Shown: positions 1 to 14,735, counted from the first letter of the stretch. The stretch: 64,000 nucleotides of DNA from Octopus vulgaris (GCA_951406725.2 OX597816.1:122450001-122514000); one strand, 5' to 3'. Translations and numbers: made by a program. Notes: generated by a model from the letters alone, not told the origin.

Positions 1-1350
1 TACTGTGACTGGTAGCGTTAATTGGTGGCTCGCCGTAAATAAAATACGGAATAGAATCGCTGATCTGAGATGTACATAAATACAAACTTGTTACCAGTTC
101 AAATATATTTGAGGTATATTCGAACCCGTACGAAAGACATTCGCTGTATTTTGTCATTCAGAAAAGTTCTCGCTGCAGACAAGTCGATGTAAGCTCACCA
201 AGTCACATCGAAGCGCCCTCTAACCTGACTGATGGATGCAGGCATTTCTGAACGGTTACTTCCACTTCAGTATCAGATACCGAAAAGAGGAATGCTAGAA
301 ATGACAAGAGATGGATTACTCATATATTCCCGTTATCGTACTCTTCTGTTGTGCTGTAGCTATCTAGCAACAACTTTATTGCAATAACTCAGCAATTATG
401 TTTAAATAAATAAATGCCAAGTTCTAAACTCATACTAGTTGTGTGTCTGTTCATTCTTTCTCGCCACTGTACACATACGCGCGCGCGCACACACACATAT
501 CTAAGGGCCGAGCACAAGTAATGTCAGTAAGGTAGAGTTTATAATAGTATTACATAATAGAATCACCTGGATTAATTATAAATCGTTTGGTGATGTTATA
601 TCATAGTCATGTAATTCAGTAATCAACACCCATGGTGTGTGAGTGTACTTGTATGTAGGCAGAGGGAGAGGTGGAGCGAGAGAGAGAGAAAGACTTCTTG
701 ATTGATAAATAAACAGATACCGTCTATCACAAGTACCCTAATTGACAAAGAAAATCAGCAAAAAAAAAAAGAAAAAATACGGTAATACGAAGTATTATAA
801 ATGGCAGACAAATTATTGGAAATAAATATAATTCTATATTTACGAAAGGTGATAATATATTTATTACATAAACTAGTAGAAACTGCTGGCAGGATATCTT
901 TCTGCTGGCATATGTAATAATCGATTTCTGTCATATATGTATATGTATGTATATAAGTACACACACATATATACATATATATATATGCAGACACTCTTTC
1001 ACACACACACACACAAACACGCGCACGTGTCAATATATATGCGTATATTTATACCCACAAATAAACGCATACATGTATTTATATTTTTTATATTTTTGTA
1101 TACTTACACTTTTTATACATTTTTTATCCCTCGTCCTGAATTCTCGCCCCTCCATCTTCACGTCTATATATGTATTTATTTATTTACATTACTTCAACAT
1201 CCAAATTTCCTCATTCTACATTGAGAGAAGAAAGAGATGGACGCTTCAATTCTATACTGCTGCCGCATTATGTCGTACGCGAATGAGAGGATTTGCATCC
1301 CCAACCAAGAATTTTTGATGTAACACATGTCCTTGTGGAAGCTGTTGTGC

Positions 1351-1428
1351 GCGGCTGAAGAAGGCCACAGACATACATTACGCATTGTTATAAATCTGTC
1401 TAATAAAGGCCCGAAACATATGTACCGC
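1351..1428 (+). ncRNA. Minimal type I hammerhead ribozyme (PLE pLTR type)
   Basis: gcgg-CTGAAGA-(a)ggcc...ggcc(c)-GAAAC-atat-GTA-ccgc. Stem I gcgg/ccgc, canonical core, stem II ggcc/ggcc with inner acaga/tctgt, and palindromic acatatgt at stem III. The surrounding element runs into a (TA)n tract at about 1528. Confidence 0.8.
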
Positions 1429-1590
1429 TGAATCCTTCGCATCATGTTTTTATTTTGATCAATTTACTCCACCACCTACACCACCAAACACAGGTGCTTA
1501 TAATTATCAAGTACTCACCCCGAATGTCTATATATATATATATATATACATATACATACATACAGACATACATATATATTTATACATACA

Positions 1591-1654
<64 letters not shown>

Positions 1655-2085
1655 ATCTATCTATCTGTCTCTCTCTCTCTCTCTCCCTCTCTTTCTCTCT
1701 TCTTGTGCTAAGCTGATTGTTTCCTCAATTGGTTTATACTTCAACCGATAAACCGGTAAACATAATAATAGAATTTAGTAAGACATTTATGGATTAAAGG
1801 CAGAGTAAAAATCAAGTTATTTGAATTGTACGAGATGTATAAGTCAGGTTGCGCTCAACAATATGTAGCAGGCAACAAATGAAGGGGAGGGAATATCTTT
1901 AGAATGGTTCAGACGGCTTCTTGTGGTGGAGTGTATGATACTACCCGTGAGGTATCCAATGCTGCTTCAAGAGGAGTGTGGTTTTGTATAAAGAATACTT
2001 ATTATTATGTCTTGTTGCCAGATATTTTATTCAATAATTGTGAAAGTGGTTATTTCATCTGCATTTGAAATTGTTTCAAGATTAA

Positions 2086-2517
2086 GGCGCAGGCGTGGCT
2101 GTGTGGTAAAGAGCTTGCTTCCCAAACACATGGTTCCGAGTTCAGTCCCATTGCATTTCACTTTGGGCAAGTGTCTTCTTCTATAGCCTCAGACCGACTA
2201 GGGCCTTGTGGGTGGATTTGGTACATGGAAAATGAAAGAAGCCGTCGTATATGTATATGTGTGTGTGTATGTTTGTGTGCGCGTGTGTGTGTGCGTGTGT
2301 AATCGCGCGCGTGTAAGTTTGACCTTTGTGTCTGTGTTTGTCCCATCAACACCGCTTGACAACTGGTGGTTGTCTGTTTACTTAGCAGTTCGGCGAAAGA
2401 GAACGATAGAATAAGTACTAGCATAGAAACAAAAATCTTATGAGGGATTTGTTCGACTAAAACCCTTGAAGGCGGTGCCCCAGCATGGTCGCAGTCTAAT
2501 GAGTGAAAGAGATAAAA
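2086..2517 (+). mobile_element. tRNA-derived SINE with CORE-like segment and internal microsatellite (family A)
   Basis: A-box-like gtggctgtgtggt, B-box-like gagttcagtccc and CORE-like ctttgggcaagtgtctt. Homologous to copies at 3553, 46490, 49322 and 50705. Confidence 0.85.
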
Positions 2518-3466
2518 TACAAAAAGATTAATATGTTCATAGCTTTTTGCATGCAGATATTTCACTTTCTGTTTGATCTATTCAAACGTTCACTGAATTG
2601 CGTAATTTTCTGTAAGCAAATATTGGACAAGCTTGATAGTTTTTGAAAATGTTGCAAATTCATCGATGCCATGAATATGAAATTTTCCTTGATTCTACTA
2701 TCCTTGAGTGTCAACCTCTTTAAACATAGTCATACATGCACACAGAGATATGTGTGTATGGGTACATGCGTGTTTACCTGTGCACGTACACTCGTATATA
2801 AAGAAAGTGCTGTTCAGAACGGACACTATTAGCTCTTCCATAGATATTTCCCATATAGATAATCGCCTGCATTATATGAACATCAATTGATATATCGTCG
2901 GTTCATAAGATTCACTGAAACTACTGTGACCCCTATTTTGTAGACAAAATACATATCATTTATCATTCATTTCCAATCATAAGCGCACAAAGAAAAAAGA
3001 AAAGAGGAAAAGATCAGTATATATAAACTTGCCCACACACGACAAAATACTTCCCCATAAACTTTTAATTGGGACACTTTTTAAGCGTGATAAATACCAC
3101 TTACAGACAGGAATTTTATGATCATATTATATCTCGCCGAATGCAATTATCTCTTTTCGGAAAGTATATGTGAAAATTGTGGTGTTTGCATAATTAATGT
3201 AGGTAGTATTTAAAGATAAATAACTATTCAGCTTCGTAAGATATTAAGCACCGATAAAGATTATTTTCAGTGTTTTGATAAATGCACTCTGAACAGGTCC
3301 TACAATGAACTCATCAGCGAAGCATAACAGTAAACTTACTTAATGAAGAAATCTATAATCTATAATATTTGCTTAACGAGGTGGAGTAGTATTGCTTCAT
3401 GAGTAAATGATTTATATTCATAAAAGCAATAGCGGCCACACACAAACACACACATGTGAATATATA

Positions 3467-3539
<73 letters not shown>

Positions 3540-3552
3540 ATCTACACTTTTA

Positions 3553-3770
3553 CTCTTTACTCTTTTACTTTTTGCAGTCATTTGATTGTGGCTATCCTGG
3601 AGCACCGCCGTTAGCCGATCGAGCAAATCGACCCCCAGAACTTATTCTTTGTAAGCCTAGTACTTATTCTAGCGGTCTCTTTTGCCGAACCGCTAAGTTA
3701 CGGTGACGTAGATACATCAGCATCTGTTGTCAAGCGATGTTGGGTGGGGGAGACAAACACATACGCACAA

Positions 3771-3841
<71 letters not shown>

Positions 3842-4005
3842 CAAATATACGACGGGCTTCTTTCACATTTCGTCTACCAAATCCACTCACAAGGATTTGG
3901 TCGGCCCGAGGCTATAGTAGAAGACACTTGCCCAAGGTGCCATGCAGTGAGACTGAACCCGGAACTATGTGGTTGGTAAGCAAGCTACTTATCACACAGC
4001 CACTC
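3553..4005 (-). mobile_element. SINE family A, full-length copy
   Basis: Reverse complement of the 2086 and 49322 copies, with an internal (CA)n/(TA)n tract. Confidence 0.85.
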
Positions 4006-4237
4006 TTACTCCTATATATATATATAATCTTTACATAATTAACTATTAGGTGGTCACTATAAAGACCACTCAAACCACTAGGCCTATATATATATGTGTG
4101 TGTAAGAAGTAATTAAGGTTCAGTTGCATTAGGTACTTAAGTTGAAGCATCAAGCCAATCTGGTATTATCCGCACAGCTCGAAGTAAGGTGAATAAGATC
4201 AAAATAAGTGACAGGATGTTAAGTAATAGGATATCAA

Positions 4238-4321
4238 ACAGTACGACCGTTTCCAGCTGCTCCCTATAACTTAACAACGTAATTATTACATCAATTTAAA
4301 TACAACACAGTCTTCAGCTGC
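4238..4321 (-). ncRNA. Hammerhead ribozyme-like motif in the 3' region of a PLE
   Basis: Minus strand reads gcag-CTGAAGA-ctg...cagctg-GAAAC-ggtc-GTA-ctgt. It lies downstream of the GIY-YIG remnant at about 6150-6490 on the same strand. Confidence 0.65.
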
Positions 4322-6541
4322 AAGAAATGGATTTTCAACAGACAAGATATATTAATATATTTTTTCTTAAATATTTTAACTGAGCAAGAAGACGAAAGAA
4401 TTTCATGTTGTCACTATTTCAGCAAGAATAGCTAAGAGAAGAACAAACTAGAATTTTTAGAGTGGCATGGAACACTGGGGGTCATGAAGTTGCAATTAAT
4501 TTCTAATTTATCTATCTCCTTACCATTGACAAAAACTAAAATTAGAAGACTGCGTTTATTTAGAATAAAGAGCAAAGTGAGTTGATAGCTCATAGCTGGT
4601 TTATAACCAGTAGGTTATAAATTTCATACTGTCACAAGTATCCCTCGTCCCACAAGAAAAAGAAACAAAACTTTAGAAAGAGTCGGTTTGATAGGAGTAA
4701 ATGTCTATAAAAGAGGTAGGTAGGGGTGACATCAATTCAGGGCGTTGCTACCAGTTAAAGTGGGGCATACACTATGAAACTTAGGGTGCTACAATGAAAT
4801 CTTGGAAAATATTAGTGGCTCAGGGGGAGAACGTTTATAAACAAATATTATTATGTTGCATAAGAATAGAAATTTTTCAAAAATTCTAGAAAAGGGATAT
4901 CCTAACCAGGTTAGCCAAGAGGGATATATGAATACATTTAAACATTAAATAGAAGATTACTATTATGTAAAATCAAATTAATACTTCATCTTTACATAAT
5001 TAGTCATGTTTACATAATTAGTTATAAAGACCACTGAAACCACTTACATATGGAATTTATCTGGAAAAATATGCATACTATATATTGAGTAAAAGTAAGG
5101 AATCAGAAGCAGGATAATAAGATAAATGATAATATATAGACATAATTAAATATAAGTATACAAAAAAAAATTCTAGCAACTATGAAAATTATGTACTGAT
5201 ATAAGTAGATGTAATATTATAAAAATGTTGCATTCAGAGACATGTACAAAATCGTATTTGTATATAAATACGTTTATATAAAGAATATAGTATAATTATA
5301 TGGTGTAAATTATAAGTAACTGAAAAACTATCAATTCAAGAAACATATTTAGTCACATATTTATCTGCATCCGTGCGGAGAGGAGATGCAACATGCGCCA
5401 CGATTCATAGAATGCTATACCAGTATATGCGAAGTTAAATGGGAATGCAAAATATAAAATTCAATACCATACAAAATTTAACAATATAAATGTAAAACAT
5501 AAAGGATAAGAGATTAATAAGGGAAACATGTCAAAATAAGAAATCAAAATAATGAGAATTAATAGAAAATAATGAGAAATATATATAAAGACGGGATAAA
5601 AATTAAAAGCAGGAAAAGATTCAGGTAAGCTAAAGAGGGTAATAGGTATAGAAATAATGAGAACAGTTTAAGGTATTCATACCGAAGTGGCTTTATAAGT
5701 TATAATATTACAGGTGCTAATGTATGTATGATTGTATAGTTTGTAGGGGGTATAAGGTTTAGTCAAGCGTGACTTACTATCTCAAAATCACTGCAAATAT
5801 ACTTAATATGACTGATAGGGTAGAAATTTATAGCAGGAAAGAATAGTGTAATTACCAAATAGGATGAAGTCAGACTAACTAGGTAGGGGTTACCATAGGG
5901 TAATATTACAGATGATACATCACATAAAATCATACATAGCATATAATATATGTAATGAAACATAATATACTATATAATATCCTATATGAAAGGGTAAGTT
6001 ATAGAGGATACAACGCCTGAAGTTAATTTCCACCACCAAATCCAAAGTATGATAAATATAATATTATTAGTTTCGAAAATACTTAAATGTGCGGCTGATG
6101 CTATGCATATATGATACCCTTTCGTATAATCTATTATTAATAAAGTTGTTCATGTCTCTTTATTAAAAATCTCATAAATTTCTATTGAACAAAGCTCACT
6201 TCCATATCTACTATTTCTATGAGGCTGCGCCCTCTGTATCATATCCCATTTGAGGTTATATCTAGTCCCACTTTCCTTAAGTTCCCAGATCTTACTAGAG
6301 AAAGACGTACCATTAGCTTTATGTCTAAGTCTAAACGATGAAAGATGGTTATTAATAGATTTTTTTCATATTTATCGAACACCCTATACAGATAAAACTA
6401 TCAGTTTCAGTCACAATTGTACATCTTTAAAAAGCGTTTTGGATTAAACAGCGACCTGGCAGGGGAATTTTACTCTACAATTGCAACCGGGAGCATTATT
6501 GCTATTAATATTATTGTTATTCCTATCATTGTTATTATTAT

Positions 6542-6585
<44 letters not shown>

Positions 6586-6802
6586 TAATTATTACCAGTA
6601 TTTTTATTACTAATATTATTATTTCCTTCAAGTTTAGTTTCATTTAAATTCCTTGTAGCACGACTAAGTACTGCGTCAGTAATAAGTGGGCTAGTATAAA
6701 CATCGGAATTACATTTTATATTATACATATTAGATATATTAGATATATTAGCTCTGTTCTAGATTCCCATATATCCATTATTGTTATTATTATTATTATT
6801 AT

Positions 6803-8629
6803 TCAGTAGTTTTATTTTTATAGCGTGCTTTCACTTCACTACCGAGCGCAGCTCTGTGTGCCTTGGGTATGTGCTGTGATTTGTTGTGATGCTCTGATGG
6901 TTATTGTATGGAAAGTGTTCTGCGTAGGATGTGTGCAGTGCCTAGTAATGCAATTTTCTGTATGTTATATGTGTTTGTAAGTCCTGGTGTTTTTGTTATG
7001 TATTTGTCTGAATATTTTTTTATCATGCCTAATGCACCTACTATGATAGGAATTGTTTCTGTTTTCAGGTTCCACATTCTAGTTACCTCTATTTCCAGGT
7101 CTTTGTATTTTGAGAGTTTTTCCATTTCTTTTAGAGACACGTTGTCATCTGCCGGTATTGATACATCAATTAGAAAGCATTTTTTTTCTTCATGATCTCT
7201 GACAACTATATCTGTTCTGTTGGCCTTAATTTCTCTATCTGTGTGTATCGGCATATCCCAGAGTATGGTTGCTTTCTCGTTTTCTGTGACCTTTTCTGGT
7301 GTGTGCCTATACCATCTTTTTCCTGTTGTTATTCCATAATGTTGGCATAGCTTCCAATGTATGTAGGTTCCAACTCTGTCATGTCTGTGAATATATTCCT
7401 TCTTAGCCAGGACTGGGCAGCTAGAGATAATATGATTTATTGTTTCCTGTCCATCTCCACATATTCTGCAGTTACTTGTAATATTTCTTTTCATTACATG
7501 TTTTTGGTAATTTCTGGTGGGGAGGCTTTGGTCTTGTGCTGCAATTAAAAGTCCCTCTGTTTCTGCTTTGAGTCCTGAGCTTCTCAACCATTGCTGGGAT
7601 TTTTCTTTGTCTATTTCTTTTGCGTTTAGTTTAGTGCAGTATTTACCATGAAGGGGCTTTTCTTGCCATCGTTTTATCATGGTTCGTTGCTGTTCTATTT
7701 TTAGTTTGGATTTCATTTGTTTTATAGCTTTTGTTGTTTCTTCGTCATCTTCTTCTTCTTCTTCGTGTTTATTAGGTGGTATGATTTCTTGTTTGTATTT
7801 GTCAGCTTCCTTAAATACTGAGAATAGTTTTTTGTTTTGGTCGTGTTTTGCTGCTATCTGGATCAGTTTTCCTTCCTTCCGAAGTAGGTATTTTTGCAGT
7901 CCTATGGTGGTTATTTTATAGTAGTTTTCCAGCTGTATAAGGCCTCTACCACCTTCTATACGTTGTATATATAGTCTTTCTATGTCAGATTTTGGGTGAT
8001 GCATCCTAGATCCTGTCAGTATTTTTCTTGTTTTCCTATCTATTTTGGACAGTTCATTTCGTGTCCAGTTAAGGATATTGTAGCTGTAACTTATAACTGG
8101 GACAGCTAAAGTGTTGATACCTATTATCTTGCTTTTAGCATTGAGCTCTGTTTTTAGTATTGATCTAACTCGTCTATAATATTCTTTTTTTATTTTCTCT
8201 CTCATTTGTGTGTGTTGTGTCTTATCTAGTTCATGGATTCCTAAGTATTTGTAAGTTTGGCTTTGGTCTAATTCTTTTATTTCATTGGTTTTATCTAGTG
8301 TGATGTTGCTACTCTTAACTAGTTTTCCTCTTTTCATGGTTACTTTGGCGCATTTTTCTAATCCAAATTTCATATCTATTTCTTTGGTAAATCCATGAAC
8401 TGTCTTTAATAGTGTTTCCAGCTGTTTGTCATTTGCAGCGTATAGTTTTAGGTCATCCATATATAAAAGGTGGCTGATCGTTTTGCCGTAACATTTATAT
8501 CCGCATCCAGTTCTATTTAGCATATCAGACAGAGGTGACAGTGTCAAGCAGAAAAGGAGTGGAGAGAGCGTGTCTCCCTGGAATATTCCTCTTCTAATGG
8601 GGATGTCTTTGGTTTTCATGAGTCCCTCT

Positions 8630-8630
<1 letters not shown>
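6803..8630 (-). mobile_element. 5'-truncated R4/Dong-like non-LTR retrotransposon (RT C-half, CCHC, restriction-like endonuclease)
   Basis: Intact 572-aa ORF 6901-8619 with RGIFQGDTLSP, LYMDDLK, CRICGDGQETINHIISSC, RHD, NR(T)DIVV...IDVS...KLSKY. About 100-bp 3' UTR, and (TAA)n on both sides. Confidence 0.95.
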
Positions 8631-8826
<196 letters not shown>

Positions 8827-9211
8827 TCTCTCTCTATATAAACGGCAGTTTGTCTGTGCGTGTTTCTGTGTGTCTGTTTGCTTGTACCCTCACCCTGACC
8901 ACGGCTTTCAACCGATTCTGATGAAACTTGACACACACATAGCCCAATGTCATAATTCAAAACTAACGCAGCGAAAATTTTGAAAAGTTCCCCCAGTTCT
9001 GAAAAAAATCGATAAATTCGACATGGGGTCGAGAATCAGAAACACGAACCACAAACTGTCTAGGGGACGCAACTCCACCTTTTTTAAATCTCAAATAAAA
9101 ATTTACCATCATTTTTTTCCATTTTTTTGCTATTTTTTGGCTATAACTCTCTAAAAATGCTTTATAGTTATTTCCCTTACAAACCTGAGCAACGCCGGGC
9201 GATACTGCTAG
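8827..9211 (+). mobile_element. Non-autonomous Helitron
   Basis: A|TC 5' end, subterminal hairpin cctgagcaacgccggg, 3' CTAG|T, no TSD. The 3' ~70 bp are shared with the copy at 35519-36028. Confidence 0.8.
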
Positions 9212-12038
9212 TAATACAATATATTTTATTATAATACTAGAGAATACTAGTATCATTATCAATTCCTCTTCTTAATTTTATATTCCTTCTATTAAACCTG
9301 GCTTTGATGGTACCTATATTGGGGAAAGTATAATACGAGATTCTGATTGTCTTATGGCAAAATATTCTATTATATCTACGGGATGTAGGGAAGCTTTTAC
9401 CTAAAATTGCCATAAATTTGTTATATATGTTAGTAGATATAGCACAGTTGAAGGGAACATGTAGTTGAAGAAAGTGCTCATTTAGAAAGACTACTGATAA
9501 TGAAAATATATCAATAGAGATTACAGCTGTGCACAACAGCAAACACACAAACATTACAAAATATGGAAACAACAAAGCAATTATTTAAAAAACACAGAGT
9601 GAATTTGAGGTTTGAAAGTAGTTTAGCTTATTGCAAACTACTATAACACATGTTTAACTATAAAATACTCAAACATGTTGGATATATAAATCTCTAGAGA
9701 GAGGGAAAGGTAACAGTCACCAGTAAGAATTCGACTTGCATGTACCATTTCCTGGACTCTCCACATATTACGAAGTGACAAGGCATTAATACCATTTTAA
9801 AACTACCATACAAATTGCCATGAATTACAAATTTCATCATAAAGTACATACATATATTCTTTATTCATTATCTCTTATTACTTATATATTTTTCTTCATT
9901 TCTACCAGTTTAAGCATTAGCCTACACCCTGTATATCTTTATATCTTCTTTCACATGACATCAATAGAGACTACAGCCATGAGCAACAGGAATACTTTTT
10001 TTATTTACACATCATAAGTAACAAGAGGATAGAATTAGACAATTGCCATCATATAGTAAATATGCTTCATTCTTTCATCATTCATTTAAAATTTATTTCA
10101 AAATTTTCTTTGCATTTCTTTATTATACTGTTAAATTAACCATCAACTATTCATATACAGAATGGAAACTAAGAGACATGGTGTTAATACTAATGCAACC
10201 ATACATTTGTAACAGAAGGGATTAATGCACCAGGCATCACAGATTTCAAATATATTTCCTCAATTCACCATTTTATATATAAGAGTCTACAGTCATCATT
10301 TTAATTTTCGCATCCATATTCACAAATAAACCTTCTTTTCAGATAGTACCAACACTAAAAACAAAAGAATCAACACACATTCAAGGACAACTATTCCTTC
10401 AGAAATGTTTTCATTTCCTAATAATTTAGACCAATTAATACGATTTCAAATGTATAGTGAAGGACAAATAACATTCTACTAGGCAATAGACTGGATTCCA
10501 GATATTTTGAATATATTTGTTATTAATTCATTGTGCATTAAATAATACATCCATATTTTCTGTTCATTAAAATACTACCAACTTTATTTCTTCCATATTC
10601 CTATACGACAAAATACTAATGTCTTAACACATTACTGCCAAGAATAACAGATAGACATTTGTATAGACTTCTTTATTCAAGTAAGTATTCTTCACTTCTT
10701 ACATTTCTGTAGGCAACAGAAAAAATATATAATTCTCCTAAATGACATTACAGACAGATATAAGATAGAAGAACAACTTCATTGATAAAGTTAATTTTTC
10801 GACTTTTCTGTCTACATCTATAATGTCTCTTTTCCTTCATTTATTGTCCTCACAGAAATATAGACAAATTATGCATAAAATATTGGATGATGCAGTAAAT
10901 ACACTACCCTGTAATGATATCAACATTACAAAACCATAAACCAAATCAGAAACACACCATAACATATGAACTATATATCAATTCAGGAATAATGGATAAC
11001 AAAATCCACATAAATATAACATTGTTTTCACTCATTTCAAATTCAATTACATCTTATCCATTTATAAGCTCTTTCAGATGGTAAACCTATAAGTACCAGA
11101 TAAAATTACCTATGATCAACTAGAGCCCAAGCCGCAGCACATATCCAGACAGTTACTCACTCATGTAAATACCATTCATCTCTTCTAGGTCAGTTATGAT
11201 TTCTAATATTCTTACATTTCATTTCTACAATTCCATTAATTCATTACCCTTCTTTCCCTAACAGTCAATGACACTTATAGGTAGTAAATACATATTTCAT
11301 AACTTACTTGAAGGAAACTAATGCATATTAATACAAGCTATTTAGCAGCAACAATCTGAATACATGACCAGTAATGGCACAAAGAAAAACAACTGCCACA
11401 CATATTCTTACACTTGATTAATATTTTCTAGATCAATTTTACACTTAATCTCCATTAAAAATATTAAATTGAGACATAAATTGTTCCCCAACACTCATTA
11501 ACTGTTGTAGACAGTGTATGAATACGTCTTAAAAATATGAATATCAATAAAAATTAAACCCATTAACACAAAAATATTATGAATAAATCATGCATTAATT
11601 GCAGAAGCACTACAATATTTAAACAAAAGAAACTCTGCAAACAGCAAAAATAAATTAAAGCTTATTTTTGTTGAATAATCTATAAGTCTTCATAATGAAC
11701 AGCACATTCTTTTAAACAACCCAGAAGACAAAATCACAAACGTTTATAAATAACATTGTAAAGAGAACTAAAATCATCTTAGCAGAAGGACATACAACAT
11801 CAAACCCCCAAAGCTCTTCATATATGGAGTACAGTAAGGTGAATATCATTCTTTCTTTGCTGCCTTGGTGATATTTTCCTATTTACAGGTAGCTTACAGG
11901 CTTCAGATACTCTATACATACTACACTTTATTGAATATTATTCCCCATGCATTCTGTATGTATACTTATGTATATATATTTCACAACTATATAATTACAA
12001 TGTAAAATACACTATCTTAAAGATATTGTGTTCGCACT

Positions 12039-12087
<49 letters not shown>

Positions 12088-12094
12088 TCTTAAT

Positions 12095-12143
12095 CTTTTA
12101 CTAATTTCAGCCATGTGGCTGTGGTCATGCTGGAGCACCGCCA
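12095..12143 (-). mobile_element. SINE family A 3' fragment
   Basis: gtggtcatgctggagcaccgcc matches the SINE A 3' end. Confidence 0.55.
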
Positions 12144-12885
12144 TGCTCTTTCTGACTTCTTCAGTCTGGATGTTTCACATCACCACTCCTGTATGTGTCT
12201 TTTTCCCAGCTGTTGGTACATATGGTGTATAATGGAGTTTCATTCCGTTGCCTTCGTCTGTACCTCATGTCAGGCAGTTGGTACATCCAGTATTGTGGAG
12301 AGGAGGATGTCTAGTTCCTTTTTGAAGACATCGACTTCCACCTTAAGCAAATTTCTTAATTTTTTTTGACAGGGCATTGAATAGCTGTGGGCCTTTGAAC
12401 CCTAGACTATTGCAATTCCTGGTCCTGAATTTAGATTCAGTGGATGGTACTTTGGTACAATGCAATGGCGTCCGGTTCTGACATTTGTAAAACTCTCAAT
12501 GCCAAAGTTAGGTACTAGCCCCTATAAGATTTTCCACATGTATATTATTGCATATCTCTCACGTCTTTGCTCCAGAGAGTAAAGCTGTAGTTTTCTCAGC
12601 CTATCCCTGTAGCTAATCCGCTGTACTGTTTCAAGTTTTTTAGTGTAGTGGTGTTGGATTGCTTCAAGCTCTGCTGTTAGTTTGGCACTATGTGGTGAAC
12701 ATAACTGGGAGCAGCAGTCCAGGCAGCTGAGAACAAAGGTACACCACAGGGTCAACATAATTTCTTGGTCTCTTGTCTTAAAGGATCTCAGTATCCATCC
12801 TGCCAGTTGTCTGCACTTTGCTGCCATCTTGCTTATGTGCATATGAAATGATGCATCATTGCACATACTGATCCCCAAGTCCTAG
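12144..12885 (-). mobile_element. CR1/L2-group LINE RT C-terminal fragment (decayed)
   Basis: DLGISMCNDASFHMHI...WILRSFKTRD...LEAIQHHYTKK...SYRDRLRKLQLYSLEQRRERY. Confidence 0.8.
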
Positions 12886-13726
12886 ATGTTTCCCTTATGT
12901 ATGTCATGTTCATGTCTTTACAAGCACCTTCTATGCATCTTATGCTGTAGGCTACATTTCTAGTTCTACAGTTAATGCCAGGGTTAATCCTACATACCAT
13001 GCAGTAAACATTGGTGCATATGGTATTCTCAAAGCGGTAGTCCTACATAGTTGTGATCTGATGAAGTTCCCTGGTTTTCCAACAACCTTAATGTTGAGTT
13101 TGGTCTCCTTCAGAGCTTTCCTAAATCTACGGGCTGTGACCTGTACAAACATCATTCCTTGATATTTGTCGGTTTTATACTACATATCACTCTGTTTGCT
13201 TTGTCACAAGCTCTTTGTATTCTATTCCAGTCTTTGCTTCTATATCTAGGGCAGGTACCACTGGTTTCATTACATATAATGTTATCTAACTTCTTTCCAG
13301 CACCCCTGTATAGTCGAACCATATCGTTCTGTTCATATCCAGAGAACTGCATGCAGTGCATGAAGTTATGTACATGTTTCTTCGTTTCATAGGGTTTGCA
13401 TAGTGGGGATATATTGTTCATTATCTTAACTAAGTCTGCTATCAGTATGTTAATTTTCATGTTGTGTGACAAAGCTGAGTTCTTGTGGACAACATATTTG
13501 GAAGCTATGGGTTTCATGTAATAGGAGTGGAGGAGCTGCACTCTGTTGGTCATTCTCTAAGCAAAGTTCAGTATCAAGGACGAAGAGTCTACCGTTGGGG
13601 TACCTAGTGCGGGTAATCTATAGTCACCTTGATACTTTGATGGATGTAGATAACTACTTGCTGGATGTTCCCCATTATGTTTCTCTCGGTTTCTACATTA
13701 CTGTTACTAGAGTTGGTCTTAACTAG
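12880..13726 (-). mobile_element. Penelope-like element fragment (RT thumb, Cys-rich linker, GIY-YIG start)
   Basis: YYMKPIASKYVVHKNSAL...FMHCMQFSGY...PRYRSKDW, then CTNVYCMVC...NCRTRNVAYSIRCIEGAC...TYIRETSR. Confidence 0.75.
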
Positions 13727-14660
13727 GATATTAATGCTTCGGCGTGTACGTGAATGATTGTGTTTTAAGTCTTATATTGTTTATTATGCTTCCTTTTTTT
13801 TATATCCTGGTATGAAATCTTTGCGCTTTGTTTCAGACAGCAATGTTCTTCACAGACTCATCTCCTGAATGGTGTAGTGTTGATGCGTTTTTATAGTAAG
13901 CGAGGCCAATGTGACTGGGACAAAGGCTATCGACGGTATTTCAGTTTTTTATTGCTAATTTTTAAACATCATCTACCAAATGCTATATGATTATAAATAA
14001 CATCAGTAATTTTTCATGTTTGTAAAGAATTCCCTTAAGGTTTTTGAATACGCGTTATCCATTGCATTTGGCTTTATTTTGTCGATTTTGAATATAAATG
14101 TTCTCTTCTGGAAGAGAACCAAGAGGCTATTCTAATTGCGATATTACTTCTGATAGCTTATATCTCTGTGGACGTTCATTATCTAAGTAGAGATATATTT
14201 ATTTGTATTTAGTGTGAACGGACGTGAAGTAACTGTAATTTTCACTCTGATTGTTTTTGTTTTTGTCTAAAAACAGTGTCCTTCTAAACTAAAGCATTCA
14301 AAGAAAAAAGCAATGAATCACGTTCGTTTACACCTATGACACAAACACCTACGCTCAGATGGAAAACAGCGAGTCTCCACACACATTAAAAATGTTTGTT
14401 GCAATACCCCTATTTAGACGACCATTTAAATTCTCAACAATCTCTTCACCAAACAAAGAAAATTTATTGAATGAAAAAGAAAGAAAAAACATTTATTAAC
14501 AACGGGTATTACGCCAAAGTAATAAATCAAGTGCTATACAGCATTCCCTCAAAAGTAAACGATTTATAATTGATGAAATTCTCATAACACAGTCAAAGAC
14601 TGAAATAAGTGCAGACATGAGGCATTAATCAACCTACACACATAATGATGATGCTGACTA

Positions 14661-14668
14661 TAATAATG

Positions 14669-14735
<67 letters not shown>
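14661..14735. repeat. (TAA)n microsatellite 5' of the Dong-like element
   Basis: Direct reading. Confidence 0.95.

Noticed and set aside
4030-5045. Repeated tacataatta...taaagaccact(c/g)aaaccact segments with a gtggtc/gaccac hairpin, possibly an HHR relic
   Set aside because: No CUGANGA core or NUH site recognisable, so kept only as part of the probable pLTR region.
8905-8935. ctgatgaaac resembling a hammerhead core
   Set aside because: No stem II. It is part of a common Helitron internal motif (ccgattctgatgaaacttgacacac).
9600-11900. Strand-biased A-rich tract that may be an ancient LINE
   Set aside because: No diagnostic protein motif recoverable by eye.
13828-13860. Minus-strand gtgaaga-aca/tgt-ct-gaaac near the PLE fragment
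   Set aside because: Core is mutated and stems I and III are not supported.
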